From positions 380,307 through 444,306 of the forward strand of contig CAWJXK010000004.1 in assembly GCA_963846855.1 (NCBI GenBank): a DNA stretch of 64,000 nt, written 5' to 3'. The notes beneath the pieces are model-generated. The model was not told where the DNA came from. It did no database searches and saw nothing but the letters and a program-made list of their open reading frames with translations. Source of the stretch: an uncultured beta proteobacterium (lineage in GTDB: Bacteria; Pseudomonadota; Gammaproteobacteria; Burkholderiales; Casimicrobiaceae). Positions 8,614 to 19,200 of the stretch are shown here, piece by piece. Each line of letters opens with the position of its first letter. The first letter of the stretch is position 1. A program made the position numbers and the translations under genes.

Positions 8614-8837
8614 AACCTATCGCAAAATCGGCTGCGCGACCCGATTGCTTTGTAGCTCCGGCCGCCGCTTCGCGGCTTAACGTTCGCTGCGCTCACGTTA
8701 GCCTGCACTGAAGCTTCGCTTTCGTGTCCCCGCTCGCCCCTCGCTGTACGTCTGTGTACTCTCGGGGCTCGCTGCGGGCCCTCATTTGGCAACTGAGGCA
8801 CTCGGGACGCTCGCGTGATTTTGAAATAGGTTCTAGG
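8609..8837. repeat. 229-bp MITE-like element bounded by 21-bp imperfect terminal inverted repeats
   Basis: The left end cctagaacctatcgcaaaatc (8609-8629) matches the reverse complement of the right end gattttgaaataggttctagg (8817-8837) at 19/21 positions. The interior is non-coding, lower in GC, contains a hairpin, and carries one copy of the 17-bp motif ctcatttggcaactgag (8781-8797). No transposase is present. Confidence 0.6.
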
Positions 8838-8845
8838 AAGCCTCC

Positions 8846-9187
8846 CTAATCCGCGTTACCGGCCCGCTCGAGGCGCCGCGCGAACACGCTCATCTCCTTC
8901 TCCGCCTGCCGATCGCCCTTTGCCCGCGCGACGTCGATGCCCTGCCGGTAGGCTGCCAGCGCTTCGGCGTCGCGGCCAGCGGCGGCGAGCGCCTTTCCGT
9001 AGAGCTTCCACGCCGCCGTGTAAGCGGGATCGTGCGCGACGGCACGCGCCAGATGCAGGCACGCGCTTGCGGAGTCCCCCGCCTTCAGGAATTCGTTGCC
9101 GAGCGAAAAGCGCAGCAGCGCGCCGTCCCGGCCCGCCGCGAGCATCTTCTCGAAGCTCGCGAGCGCGGCGGAGCGCGGGTCGGCCAT
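8846..9187 (-). CDS. small tetratricopeptide-repeat protein
   Basis: 113 aa with TPR-like helices (ACLHLARAVAHDPAYTAAWKLYGKALAAAGRDAEALAAYRQGI). Confidence 0.6.
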   Translation of the reverse strand: MADPRSAALASFEKMLAAGRDGALLRFSLGNEFLKAGDSASACLHLARAVAHDPAYTAAWKLYGKALAAAGRDAEALAAYRQGIDVARAKGDRQAEKEMSVFARRLERAGNAD

Positions 9188-9188
9188 C

Positions 9189-9764
9189 CTACTTGTTCAC
9201 CGTCTGGCCGGTCGCGCAATCGATCCGGTGCATCGGATAGATGACCTTGCGGTCAGAGCCGTCGACCTTGCCGGACACTTCCGCGTAGAGCCATCCCTCG
9301 GATCCGCGCCGGTAGACGATCCGCTGCGGAAAATCCGCCGACGTGCGCTCGAACGTGAAGAGGTCGTACTCGACGTCGCCCGCCTTTTCCGTCGAACGCC
9401 CACTCAGGCGAAAGGTGTCCTCCTTGCCGTCGGACGGGAGGAGGACGTAGTAGACGCCGTCGGCACGCGGCTCGAAGCGCAGATATTCGTAGCCAACCGT
9501 TTTGTCCGCCATCGTGGTCTGGCTGACGCCGACCATCAGCTCGCCACGCAGCGGCATCCACTGCTCGCGGAACTCGCGCTTGTTGACGAGCCCTTTCCAG
9601 CACCCTTCGACCCAGGCGAGGTCGGTCAAGGACACCGGTGCAGCGGCAGCGGGCTTGGCGGGCGGCGGCTCCGGGGGCTGCGCGGCCACCGCGGCGGCGA
9701 CGAGCGCCGCGATCGTGAATGCGGCGATACGCCGGCCGGACAAAAAGAATTGCGGTGCGGTCAT
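9189..9764 (-). CDS. secreted protein of unknown function
   Basis: 191 aa with an N-terminal signal-like segment (IAAFTIAALVAAAVAAQP) and no motif I can name. Tightly packed with its neighbours (1-bp gap downstream, 4-bp overlap upstream). Confidence 0.55.
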   Translation of the reverse strand: MTAPQFFLSGRRIAAFTIAALVAAAVAAQPPEPPPAKPAAAAPVSLTDLAWVEGCWKGLVNKREFREQWMPLRGELMVGVSQTTMADKTVGYEYLRFEPRADGVYYVLLPSDGKEDTFRLSGRSTEKAGDVEYDLFTFERTSADFPQRIVYRRGSEGWLYAEVSGKVDGSDRKVIYPMHRIDCATGQTVNK

Positions 9765-10807
9765 TGGGTCCTTCCTGTCTCGATTTCGAGGATCATTGCG
9801 TTTGCGCGAGCGGAAGGTTCACGAGCAGGTTCTGCGGCTTCAGCTTGAGCCTCGCCTCGCTGTCGGTCGCCATCGCGAGGTACACCGGCCGACCGGAAAT
9901 GTTCGCGCGCGCCGCCGCCGGGCTCGTCGAAGCGCAACTCGAACAGGCAAAGCAGCCGGCCGAGCCGCTCGTCGTCGACGTCGACGCCGTTGTAGAGATC
10001 GTTGAGAAGCGCACTCGCCTCGGCGTCGAGGCCGACGTGCCACACCCATTGCCGGTCCTCGATTTCGGAGAGCGGCCGGATCGTCACCGCCACCCCGAGG
10101 AAGTGCGCGATCCACTTCTCGAGCACGCGGCAAAGCGCCGTCAGCGCCGGCTGGCCGCGATTGAGGCTGACCGCCAGGTCATAGCGCTCGTCCCGGTCCC
10201 AGTAGGACGCCGCGTTGGTCGCGTCAAGCACGTCGAGATCGACCGTTCGCGCCGGCGTTTGGTTCCGCTGCAGGAGCTCGCCGAGGCTGCCGAATCCGCC
10301 GGTGGTCGCGAAGAGCTCGACCGTCACCTCGTCGGCCGCCATCACGGCGCCGTCGTCGCGCAGCGCGACCTTCTGCGGGCGAAAGAGCATCTCGGCAACG
10401 CGCGCATGGATGGGATCGGCGTCGCTGCCGAGAACGTGACGCAGCAGGATCTGCGTCAGCTGGTGGACGAGCAGCGGCGGCACGTCGACGCCATCGCGGA
10501 ACAGCGCGATGTAAGCCGCCTCGATCGACGCGAAACCCGCCAGGCGCTGCCGGAAGCGCAGCCAGATCGCGTAGTTCTCGCGCGCGTCGGCGTCGGCGAT
10601 CGGCGCGAGCTCGCTGTTGGCGACTGTCGCGCGCGGCGCGGCGATCAGCTTTTCGTGGAGCGCAAGCTCGGCGGCGCAGGACTCCGGGATCGGCGCGAGC
10701 TCGGGACGCAGCAGCAGCGCGCGCAGGAATTCGTCGGTCAGGGTGAGCCGCCCGTCGGACCCGACGGTCAGCAGCCGATAGCCGCACGAGGGCCAGAAAT
10801 CAGGCAT
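9761..10807 (-). CDS. conserved hypothetical protein
   Basis: 348 aa with coding-like composition and no recognisable catalytic motif. A 4-bp overlap with the downstream gene implies an operon. Confidence 0.55.
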   Translation of the reverse strand: MPDFWPSCGYRLLTVGSDGRLTLTDEFLRALLLRPELAPIPESCAAELALHEKLIAAPRATVANSELAPIADADARENYAIWLRFRQRLAGFASIEAAYIALFRDGVDVPPLLVHQLTQILLRHVLGSDADPIHARVAEMLFRPQKVALRDDGAVMAADEVTVELFATTGGFGSLGELLQRNQTPARTVDLDVLDATNAASYWDRDERYDLAVSLNRGQPALTALCRVLEKWIAHFLGVAVTIRPLSEIEDRQWVWHVGLDAEASALLNDLYNGVDVDDERLGRLLCLFELRFDEPGGGAREHFRSAGVPRDGDRQRGEAQAEAAEPAREPSARANAMILEIETGRTQ

Positions 10808-10881
10808 CGATCACCACGCAATGGGAAAACGCGCCGACGTGGGCTTCGCGGGCCCGCGACCGGCGCAGGATGCCCGTCTCG

Positions 10882-11442
10882 TCAGCCGCCGAGCATCGCC
10901 TTCTTGAGATCCCCCTGAACCGGATCGTCGCCGAGCCATGCGTTCAGCAGCGCCTTGTTGAACGCCTCGCCGGGGATGGTGCCCTTCGCGGCTCCGTTGA
11001 CCAGCACCACGGTCGCGCCGTCGACGAAGTCGAATGCGAGCACGTTGCCTTCCTTGAGCTGCCCAGCCGACTTCAGGATCGACGCGAGCTGATCCGTCTG
11101 CGCCTTCACGGCCGCGACGTCCGCGGGAGGGTTGCCCTGCTTCACGCCGTCGGCGAGCGCTTCGGTCATCTGTTCCGCGCTGACGTCGCGCAGCATGTTG
11201 AGCTGGACGCGGCGCGGCGCCTTCGCGAAGACGGCCGCGGCGGTGGTCGCCTTCGCCGGAACCCAGAGACTGCCCACGTAGACCTTGAACATCATCTTGG
11301 TGCGGATGCCCGCGCCGTTCAGCACGAGCTCCTGCCCGCCGACGGCGGCCTTGTCGGCGAGCTTGACGCCGCCCATGTCGAGCGCGAGTGCGGGTGCCGC
11401 GAAGAGAAGTGCCGCCATCAGAAAAACAAGTTTGCGAAACAT
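10882..11442 (-). CDS. chalcone isomerase-like (fatty-acid-binding fold) periplasmic protein
   Basis: 186 aa with a signal peptide, then VKLADKAAVGGQELVLNGAGIRTKMMFKVYVGSLW, typical of bacterial CHI-like proteins. Confidence 0.65.
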   Translation of the reverse strand: MFRKLVFLMAALLFAAPALALDMGGVKLADKAAVGGQELVLNGAGIRTKMMFKVYVGSLWVPAKATTAAAVFAKAPRRVQLNMLRDVSAEQMTEALADGVKQGNPPADVAAVKAQTDQLASILKSAGQLKEGNVLAFDFVDGATVVLVNGAAKGTIPGEAFNKALLNAWLGDDPVQGDLKKAMLGG

Positions 11443-11707
11443 GATTCGTTCCTCCAGTATTCAAATTCATGACTTCGATGCCACAAGCGGCGATGCTGCG
11501 TGTCGCCCGACGGACGTCGGCCGGATAGCTGCGAAACGGCCGAAGCCGAGGCGCCGCGGAGCATCCGCGTTCGGGTCCGGACAGGCGAAGCAGATCGGTG
11601 CTCGAGGCACGGCGCATCCCGCAGCGGAGGGGCCGGATCCGTACTCCGAATGTACATGAGGATCGAATGCGAGGAGCAACGAAGCATGCGGCCCGATATC
11701 GCGAAGC

Positions 11708-12911
11708 CTAGACGGCCTCGAAAAGACCCGGCGGCGCCCATGCCGGTGCCTACACACATGGAGACCATCCCGTACTTCTGCTTGCGCCGCCGCATGCCAT
11801 GCACGATCGTCGCCGTGCGGATCGCGCCGGTCGCGCCGAGCGGATGGCCGAGGGCGATTGCGCCGCCCAGCGGATTCACCTTTGCCGGATCGAGATGGAG
11901 CTCGCGCATCACGGCGATGCTCTGCGCGGCGAACGCCTCGTTCAACTCGATCCAGCCGATGTCGTCCTGGCTGACACCGGTACTGCGCAGGAGCTTCGGG
12001 ATGGCCGCGATCGGCCCGACACCCATCACTTCGGGCGCGACGCCGCCCACCGCGTAGCCGACGAAGCGCGCCAGCGGCACGAGGCCGTGTTGCTTCAGCA
12101 CCTTTTCGCTCACGAGGATCGTGGCGCCCGCGCCGTCGGACATTTGAGAGCTGTTGCCGGCCGTCACCGAGCCCCGGGCCGCGAACACGGGGCGCAGCTT
12201 CGCCAGGCCCTCCGCCGAGGTGTCCGCGCGCGGTCCCTCGTCGCGCTCGAACTTGCGGTTCCGGGTGGCGACCTTGCCGGTCGCGAGATCCGGCACGTTG
12301 TCGGCGACGACGTACGGCGAGATCTCCGCCGTGAAATCACCGGCGGCCTGCGCGGCGAGCGCCTTCCTGTGCGAGTCGAGCGCGAAGGCGTCCTGATCCT
12401 CACGCGACACCTTCCAGCGTTCGGCGACCTTCTCCGCCGTGAGGCCCATTCCGTAGGCGATGCCGAGATTCTCGTCCCGCGCGAATACGTCGAGGTTCAT
12501 CGCGAGCCGTCCCAGCATCGGGATCATGCTCATGCTCTCGGTTCCCGCGGCGATCATCACGTCGGCCTCGCCGGTGCGGATCCGGTCGGCAGCGATCGAC
12601 ACCGCGTTGAGCCCCGACGAGCAGAAGCGGTTGATCGTCATGCCCGCCACCGAATTCGGCAGTCCCGCCAGCAGGAGGCCGATCCGCGCGACGTTCATCC
12701 CCTGCTCGTATTCCGGCATCGCGCAGCCGACGATCACGTCGTCGATACTGGCCGGGTCGATCTGCGGGGCCTGCTGCAGCACGCTCTTCAGCACATGCGC
12801 GAGCATCGAATCGGGGCGCGTCGACTTCAACGCGCCGCGCGGCGCCTTGCCCACAGGCGTGCGCGTCGTGGCGACGATGTAGGCATCCTGGATCTGTCTT
12901 GCCATCTCCAA
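11708..12911 (-). CDS. acetyl-CoA C-acyltransferase (3-ketoacyl-CoA thiolase), C-terminal frame broken near 11727-11729
   Basis: Thiolase motifs INRFCSSGL and ...GMVSMCVGTGMGAAG. As written, the ORF runs on ~100 aa into the next gene. Skipping one G of the GGG run gives ...GAAGLFEAV* with the stop at 11708-11710 and a normal ~400-aa length. Confidence 0.85.
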
Positions 12912-12937
12912 CTCCCGGGTATCAGTTCATCGTCACG

Positions 12938-15334
12938 CTAATTGCGTAGCGGTTTGCCGGTTTTCAAGGTGTGCGCGATGCGCTCCTGTGTCTTCGGGTT
13001 GCGCATCAGCGCCATGAATTCGCGGCGCTCGAGATCGAGCAGCCACTTCTCGTCGACGAGGCTTCCCGCGTCGACCTCGCCGCCGCACAGGACGCGGGCG
13101 ACGCGCAGGCCGATCTCGAAATCGTACGGTGAGATGAAGCCGCCGTCCCGCATGTTGACCAGCATGAGCTCCAGCGTCGCGATGCCCGTGCGCCCGGCGA
13201 CCGGGATCTTGCGCGCGGGTAGCGGTGGCCGGTAACCGGATTCCGCGAGCGCGCGCGCCTGAGCCTTGGCGACGTACAGGAGCTCGTGAGCGTTGAACAC
13301 GACGACGTCGGCAGGACGAAGATAGCCCATGTCCTTCGCCTCGACCGCGCTCCTCGATACCTTCGCCGTCGCGACCGACTGGAAATAGGTCCGGATGAAC
13401 GGGAACTGGTCCATCTGGCCGCCCACCGCGCCGCGTGCGGATTCGATGGCCGCGCGCAGCGCGAGCTCCTTGCATCCGCCCCCGCCGGGCAACAGGCCGA
13501 CGCCGACCTCCACCAGGCCGATATAGGACTCCAGCGCGGCGACCGTGCGGTCGCAGTGCAGGATGAATTCGCACGAACCGCCAAGCGCCATGCCGCGTAC
13601 CGCGGCAACGGTCGGGATCAGCGAGTTGCGAAGACGCAGCGACGTCTGCTGGAACTTCGCGACCACGGCCTCGATGCCGTCCCATTGTCCCGCGGCGGCG
13701 GCGGGCGCGATGGTCGCGAGATTGGCGCCGAGCGAGAACGGCTCGCGCATCTGCCACAGCACGAGCCCGGCGCATTCACGCTCGGCGCGCTCGATCGCGG
13801 CGTTGAGCCCGTCCAGCACGTCCTCGCCGATCGTATTGCCCTTGCTCTTGAACGAGACGATGCCGATGTCGTCGCCGAGATGCCACATGCGCACCGCGCT
13901 CGTCTCCATGATCGTGGTGCCCGACGGCAATTTCTCGCCGAGGACTGGATCGGGAAAATATTGCCGGCGATACACGGGCAGCGACGAGCGCGGCCGGAAT
14001 GCATTGGCGGCGGCGCTGTAGGCGCCCGCGGGCGTGTGCACGCCCTCCGCCGCAGGTCCGCTGGTCACCCACGCGGGCAATGCAACGCTCGCGAGCGTGC
14101 GGCCATTGAGGATGTCGTCGGCGAGATAGCCGGCGATCTCCTTCCAGCCCGCCGCCTGCCAGATCTCGAACGGCCCCATCGACCAGCCGAATCCCCAGCG
14201 CAGCGCGAGATCGACGTCGCGCGCGTTGTCCGCAATCTCGGCAAGATGCACGGCGCAATAGTGGAAGAGATCGCGGAAGATCGCCCACAGGAATTGCGCC
14301 TGCGGATGGCTCGACGCGCGGAGCTTCGCGAACTTCGCGCCAGGATTCTTCTCGGCGAGGATTTCCGCGACTGCGGGATCGACGCTGCCCACGGCCTTGC
14401 GGTACTCGCCCGCCGCGGGGTCCAGCACCTCGATGTCCTTGCCGACCTTGCGGAAGAATCCGGCCTTTGTCTTCTGGCCGAGCGCGCCCTTGGCGACGAG
14501 CGCCGCCAGCACCGAGGGCGTCCGGTAGACGGTATGCCAGGGATCGTCGGGCAGCGTGTCCTGCATCGTCTTCACGACGTGCGCCATCGTGTCGAGCCCG
14601 ACCACGTCGCAGGTGCGATAGGTCGCGCTCTTGGCGCGTCCGATCGCGGGGCCGGTCAGCGCGTCGACCACGTCGAAGGACAGCTTGTAGGTCTCCGTGT
14701 GCGCCATCGTCGCCAACACCGAGAAGATGCCGACCCGGTTGGCGACGAAGTTCGGCGTGTCCTTCGCGCGCACGACGCCCTTGCCGAGCGTGGTGACGAC
14801 GAAGGTCTCGAGCGCGTCGAGCAGCGCGGGATCCGTGTATTTCTGCGCGATCAGCTCGACGAGATGCATGTAGCGCGGCGGGTTGAAGAAGTGGATGCCG
14901 CAGAAGCGAGGCCGCACCGTTGCGGGCAGCGCTTCCGCCAGCGCGTTGATCGAGAGTCCCGAGGTGTTCGACGCCACGATCGCGTGCGACGCGAGATGCG
15001 GCGCGACCTTTGCATAGAGGTCTCGCTTCCAATCCATCCGCTCGGCGATCGCCTCGATGACGAGATCGCAGCCGGCGAGCGCCGCCAGATCGCGGTCGTA
15101 GTTCGCCGCATCGATGTAGGTGAGACGATCCGCAGTCGCCAGCGGCGAGGGCTCGAGCTTCGCGAGCCCGGCGAGCGCCCTGTTTACGATGCCGTTGGGA
15201 TCGCCTTCCTTCGCGGCGAGATCGAACAGGACGACGGGAACGCTGGCGTTGGCGAGGTGCGCCGCGATCTGCGCGCCCATGACGCCAGCGCCGAGGACCG
15301 CGACTTTGCGAACCAGGAATGGTGTGGCAGGCAT
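12938..15334 (-). CDS. bifunctional 3-hydroxyacyl-CoA dehydrogenase (N-terminal) / enoyl-CoA hydratase (C-terminal), FadN-type
   Basis: 798 aa with an N-terminal Rossmann fold (KVAVLGAGVMGAQIA) and a C-terminal crotonase-like region (ALGGSCEFILHCD). Confidence 0.88.
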   Translation of the reverse strand: MPATPFLVRKVAVLGAGVMGAQIAAHLANASVPVVLFDLAAKEGDPNGIVNRALAGLAKLEPSPLATADRLTYIDAANYDRDLAALAGCDLVIEAIAERMDWKRDLYAKVAPHLASHAIVASNTSGLSINALAEALPATVRPRFCGIHFFNPPRYMHLVELIAQKYTDPALLDALETFVVTTLGKGVVRAKDTPNFVANRVGIFSVLATMAHTETYKLSFDVVDALTGPAIGRAKSATYRTCDVVGLDTMAHVVKTMQDTLPDDPWHTVYRTPSVLAALVAKGALGQKTKAGFFRKVGKDIEVLDPAAGEYRKAVGSVDPAVAEILAEKNPGAKFAKLRASSHPQAQFLWAIFRDLFHYCAVHLAEIADNARDVDLALRWGFGWSMGPFEIWQAAGWKEIAGYLADDILNGRTLASVALPAWVTSGPAAEGVHTPAGAYSAAANAFRPRSSLPVYRRQYFPDPVLGEKLPSGTTIMETSAVRMWHLGDDIGIVSFKSKGNTIGEDVLDGLNAAIERAERECAGLVLWQMREPFSLGANLATIAPAAAAGQWDGIEAVVAKFQQTSLRLRNSLIPTVAAVRGMALGGSCEFILHCDRTVAALESYIGLVEVGVGLLPGGGGCKELALRAAIESARGAVGGQMDQFPFIRTYFQSVATAKVSRSAVEAKDMGYLRPADVVVFNAHELLYVAKAQARALAESGYRPPLPARKIPVAGRTGIATLELMLVNMRDGGFISPYDFEIGLRVARVLCGGEVDAGSLVDEKWLLDLERREFMALMRNPKTQERIAHTLKTGKPLRN

Positions 15335-15382
15335 TATTGGAGAATGTATCGTGCCGTCCGCGCAATGCGTGCGGACGCGGTG

Positions 15383-15419
15383 AAGAAAAAGGCGCGGCCG
15401 GATCGATCCAGCCGCGCCC
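15383..15419 (-). terminator. rho-independent terminator after fadL
   Basis: On the minus strand: ggcgcggc-tggatcgatcc-ggccgcgcc followed by tttttc. Confidence 0.6.
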
Positions 15420-15446
15420 GTCTTGGTACGTCAGGCTATAGCGCGG

Positions 15447-16862
15447 TCAGAACGAGTACGTCACCTGTCCCGAAACGACGATCACGCTGTTGTTGTAGGT
15501 GCCGTTGATGAGGCCGTACGACGGCGTGCTGCCGGCGTTGTCGTTGATCGAGGCGTCCTTCACCCAGATGTACGCGAGACCCATGTCGAACCTGAGATCG
15601 GGGTCCTTCATCCGGTACTGCGCGCCGGCGGTGAGCCAGGTGCGGTCATTGTCGGGGAGCCGCGGATTGCGAAACGCGTCCTGCACCGGCGACTGGTCAT
15701 AGGCAACACCGCCGCGGAATAGCCAGCTGTCGCCATAGTGGTAGGTGGCTCCCAGCGAGTAGCGCCATGCGTCCTGGAAGTTCTCTGGCGTGTTCCCCAC
15801 GACGGCGCCGGTGTTCGAGACGAATGTGAGATTCTGGATCTTGCTCCATTGCGTCCACTGCACGTCCGCCATGACGTCCCAGCGGTCCGCCACGTGGCCG
15901 AACCAGGAGAAATTGGCGATTCCAGGCAGCTCGATTTCCGCCTTGACGCCGCCGCTTGGGAGCTGCGCATTCACCGCCGTCGAAAGCAGGGCATAGACGG
16001 GCGCGATCGGCGACGGCAGTGTTGGCGCAGGCGGCGGCGTGACGCTCACGTTGCCGCTGATGTTGTTGTACTTGATGCCCGAGCGCCAGGCGAGCCCGAA
16101 CCGGTTGTTCTTGTCGAGGTCGACGAGGATGCCCGCATTCCAGCCCCACGCGCTGTCATCGCCGTTGATGTTGGCGTCGGCGTCGAGTCCCATCGTCGAC
16201 GCGAGGAACGGCTGCGCGACCGACGGCGGAATCTTCCCGCCCGCGATGGCCTGGCCCAGCGCCTGGGCAAGGGCCCCCGAATAGTTCACGTTGCTCGTCA
16301 GCGTCGCCTTGATCTGCTGATAGTTGGCACCCGCGCCGATCGCGACATTGTCGGTCACCTGCCACGACACGGCCGGATTGATGTTCATCGTCTTGATGTC
16401 GGACTTCAGCGCCTGGTAACGGCCGATCCAGCCGTTGTCGTATTCGTCGACGAGCCCGAACGGCGCGTTGACCCCGAGGCCGAACGTCCATTCCTTGTTG
16501 ATCGGCACCACCAGGTAGAGATTCGGCACGACATTGAGGCTTCCCGCATTGCCGCCGTCTCCGCCCAGCGGCTGCTGCGCCGCCGGCAGCGACGCTCCAT
16601 TGCTGAACTTGAACGACGGCTGGATGAGGTTAATGGCACCGACGACCTGATTGGTCTTGATCTTCGAGATGCCGGCAACGTTGCTCCAGAGGGTGGCGGC
16701 ATCCTCGGCGGACGCGGCGCCGCCGGCGTACGCGTTGCCGAGCCCGCTGCCCGAATTTTCCTGCAGCGCAAACCCTGCCGCGGAAACCTGTCCCGCGCCG
16801 AGCGCGAGCGCAACCATGCCGACTGCGGCGGCGATCCTGGAACGGCTGAATGGGGTGGTCAT
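15447..16862 (-). CDS. fadL: long-chain fatty acid outer-membrane transporter (OmpP1/FadL/TodX family)
   Basis: Signal peptide, then AGFALQENSGSGLGNAYAGGAA, and a C-terminal ...VTYSF beta-barrel terminus. I placed the start at ATG 16862; the longer ORF from 17006 adds a non-signal leader. Confidence 0.88.
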   Translation of the reverse strand: MTTPFSRSRIAAAVGMVALALGAGQVSAAGFALQENSGSGLGNAYAGGAASAEDAATLWSNVAGISKIKTNQVVGAINLIQPSFKFSNGASLPAAQQPLGGDGGNAGSLNVVPNLYLVVPINKEWTFGLGVNAPFGLVDEYDNGWIGRYQALKSDIKTMNINPAVSWQVTDNVAIGAGANYQQIKATLTSNVNYSGALAQALGQAIAGGKIPPSVAQPFLASTMGLDADANINGDDSAWGWNAGILVDLDKNNRFGLAWRSGIKYNNISGNVSVTPPPAPTLPSPIAPVYALLSTAVNAQLPSGGVKAEIELPGIANFSWFGHVADRWDVMADVQWTQWSKIQNLTFVSNTGAVVGNTPENFQDAWRYSLGATYHYGDSWLFRGGVAYDQSPVQDAFRNPRLPDNDRTWLTAGAQYRMKDPDLRFDMGLAYIWVKDASINDNAGSTPSYGLINGTYNNSVIVVSGQVTYSF

Positions 16863-17098
16863 GACAGAACTCTCCTTTTTGTTGGCTGGCGCTTGCGGCG
16901 CCTTGCCGCACGGGGCCGGGAATCGTTGCGCATGCATCGACGTGGCTTTTTTGCGATGCCGGTATGGATTCCGGCTCTTCGGTCGACTATCCGACCAAAT
17001 ATACACCCCGGAAAGGGGTCCCGCACCCGGATTTCCGGTCCATGACTTGTCTTTTTGACCGGGTGTTGCTTTTCGTCAAGCCAGCGCAGGAAATGCGG

Positions 17099-17494
17099 TC
17101 ATTCGGGAGGAACCGGGCGCGGCCGCCGGTCGGTTCCGACAGCGACATAGGTGAGGCTGGCCTCGGTCACCTTGATCGACACGAGATCGATCGGGTTGCG
17201 TCGCGCGTAAACCTCAACGTCGACCGTGATCGACGTCCGGCCGACACGGACGATTTCGGCGTAAAAGCTGACGACATCGCCGACCAGCACCGGCTGCTTG
17301 AACACGAAGGAGTTCACCGCGACCGTCGCGACGCGGCCGCGGGCGCGTTGCGCGGCCAGCACGCCGCCGGCGATGTCCACCTGCGACATCACCCAGCCGC
17401 CGAAGATGTCGCCGTTCTGATTGACGTCCGCGGGAAGCGGGACCACGCGCAGCGTGGGCTCGCGGTCCGGAAGGATCGCAGGGCCGGAGCTCAT
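17099..17494 (-). CDS. acyl-CoA thioesterase (YciA-like hotdog fold)
   Basis: 131 aa with PADVNQNGDIFGGWVMSQVDIAGG, typical of YciA-type thioesterases. It is embedded in a spurious 798-aa ORF. Confidence 0.8.
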   Translation of the reverse strand: MSSGPAILPDREPTLRVVPLPADVNQNGDIFGGWVMSQVDIAGGVLAAQRARGRVATVAVNSFVFKQPVLVGDVVSFYAEIVRVGRTSITVDVEVYARRNPIDLVSIKVTEASLTYVAVGTDRRPRPVPPE

Positions 17495-17523
17495 GTTCGA
17501 TTCATGCTGCAGCGGCCGACGCG

Positions 17524-19200
17524 TCAGGCCGCCTTCCTTCGCATCTCGTCGCGCAGCTCGCGCCGCAGGATCTTGCCGACGTTGGTCTTGGGCAGTTCGG
17601 TGCGGAACTCGACGTCGCGCGGGCACTTGTAGCCGGTCAGATGCTCGCGGCAATGCCTGAGGATTTCCTCGGCGGTCACCGCGGCGTCCTTCTTCACGAC
17701 GAAGAGCTTCACCGCCTCGCCCGACTTCGGGTCGGGGACGCCCACGGCCGCGCATTCGAGCACGCCCGGATGCATCGCGACCACGCCCTCGATCTCGTTC
17801 GGGTACACGTTGAAGCCCGAGACGAGGATCATGTCCTTCTTGCGGTCGACGATCCGCACGAATCCGCGCTCGTCCATCACGCCGATGTCGCCGGTCGTGA
17901 AGAAACCGTCCGCCGTCATGACCTTCGCCGTCTCCTCGGGATGCTGCCAGTACCCTGCCATCACCTGCGGACCACGGATGCAGATCTCGCCCGGTTGCCC
18001 CAGGGCGACGTCGTTCCCGGCGTCGTCGCGCAGCGTGACCTCGGTCGACGATATCGGCAAGCCGATGGCGCCGTTGTACTTCTGAAGGTCGAGCGGATTG
18101 ATCGTCGCCGCGGGCGACGTCTCGGTGAGCCCGTACGCCTCGATCAGCGGATGCCCGGTGACGGCGCGCCACTTCTCCGCGACGGCCTCCTGCACCGCCA
18201 TGCCACCGCCCAGGGTGATGCGCAACCCGGAGAAATCCAGCTTCGCGAAGTCCGCATTGTTGACGAGCGCGTTGAACAGCGTATTGACGCCGGTGAACGC
18301 AGTGAACTTGTACTTGCCCATCTCCTTGACGAAGCCGGGAATGTCGCGTGGATTCGGAATCAGGACCGCCTCGCCGCCCACGGTCATGAACACGAGGCAG
18401 TTCGCCGTCAGCGAGAAGATGTGGTAGAGCGGCAGCGGCGTGATGACGATCTCGCGCTGGTTCGGATCCAGAAACGGCTTCAGCCACGCGCGCGCCTGCA
18501 GCAGGTTGGCGACGATGTTCCGGTGCAGCAGCATCGCGCCCTTGGCAACGCCGGTTGTGCCGCCCGTGTATTGGAGGAACGCGATGTCGTCGTGCGTGAG
18601 CGGCATGTGCACGAGCTTCGCCGCGTCGCCGGCCGACAGGACGTCCTTCATGCGCAGCGCGCCCGGGAGGTCCCAGGCCGGAACCATCTTCTTGACGTGG
18701 CGGATGACGAAGTCGACCAGCAATCCCTTGAGGCCCAGCATTTCGCCGATGCTGGTGACGATCACCTTGCGCACGCGCGTCTTCGCGATCACGTCGGCCA
18801 GCGTGTGCGCGAAATTCTCGACGACGACGATGATCTCGGCGCCGCTGTCGGTCAGCTGATGCTCGAGCTCGCGCGCGGTGTAGAGCGGGTTGACGTTGAC
18901 CACCGTGCACCCGGCGCGCAGCGTGCCGAAGACCGCGACCGGGTATTGCAGGATGTTCGGCATCATGAGGGCCACGCGCGCGCCCTTGGCGAGCCCCTGG
19001 CCCTGCAGCCACGCGCCGAACCGGGCCGACAGCTGATCGAGCTCGGCGAACGTGATCGACTTGCCCATGCACGTAAACGCGGGGCGGTCCGCGTACTTCG
19101 CGCAGCTCTCCTCGAACACCGCGCAAACCGACGCATACGTGTTGACGTCGATTTCGGCGGGAACGCCCGCCGGATAGCTCGACAGCCAGATCTTCTCCAC
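17524..19200 (-). CDS. fadD: long-chain-fatty-acid--CoA ligase
   Basis: 558 aa with AMP-binding motifs [14 protein letters not shown] and GYGLTETSP. Confidence 0.92.
   Translation of the reverse strand: MEKIWLSSYPAGVPAEIDVNTYASVCAVFEESCAKYADRPAFTCMGKSITFAELDQLSARFGAWLQGQGLAKGARVALMMPNILQYPVAVFGTLRAGCTVVNVNPLYTARELEHQLTDSGAEIIVVVENFAHTLADVIAKTRVRKVIVTSIGEMLGLKGLLVDFVIRHVKKMVPAWDLPGALRMKDVLSAGDAAKLVHMPLTHDDIAFLQYTGGTTGVAKGAMLLHRNIVANLLQARAWLKPFLDPNQREIVITPLPLYHIFSLTANCLVFMTVGGEAVLIPNPRDIPGFVKEMGKYKFTAFTGVNTLFNALVNNADFAKLDFSGLRITLGGGMAVQEAVAEKWRAVTGHPLIEAYGLTETSPAATINPLDLQKYNGAIGLPISSTEVTLRDDAGNDVALGQPGEICIRGPQVMAGYWQHPEETAKVMTADGFFTTGDIGVMDERGFVRIVDRKKDMILVSGFNVYPNEIEGVVAMHPGVLECAAVGVPDPKSGEAVKLFVVKKDAAVTAEEILRHCREHLTGYKCPRDVEFRTELPKTNVGKILRRELRDEMRRKAA

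Noticed and set aside
11418-11707. A 100-aa C-terminal extension of the thiolase that overlaps the CHI-like gene.
   Set aside because: The extension has no thiolase similarity. A one-base skip yields the canonical ...GAAGLFEAV* terminus.
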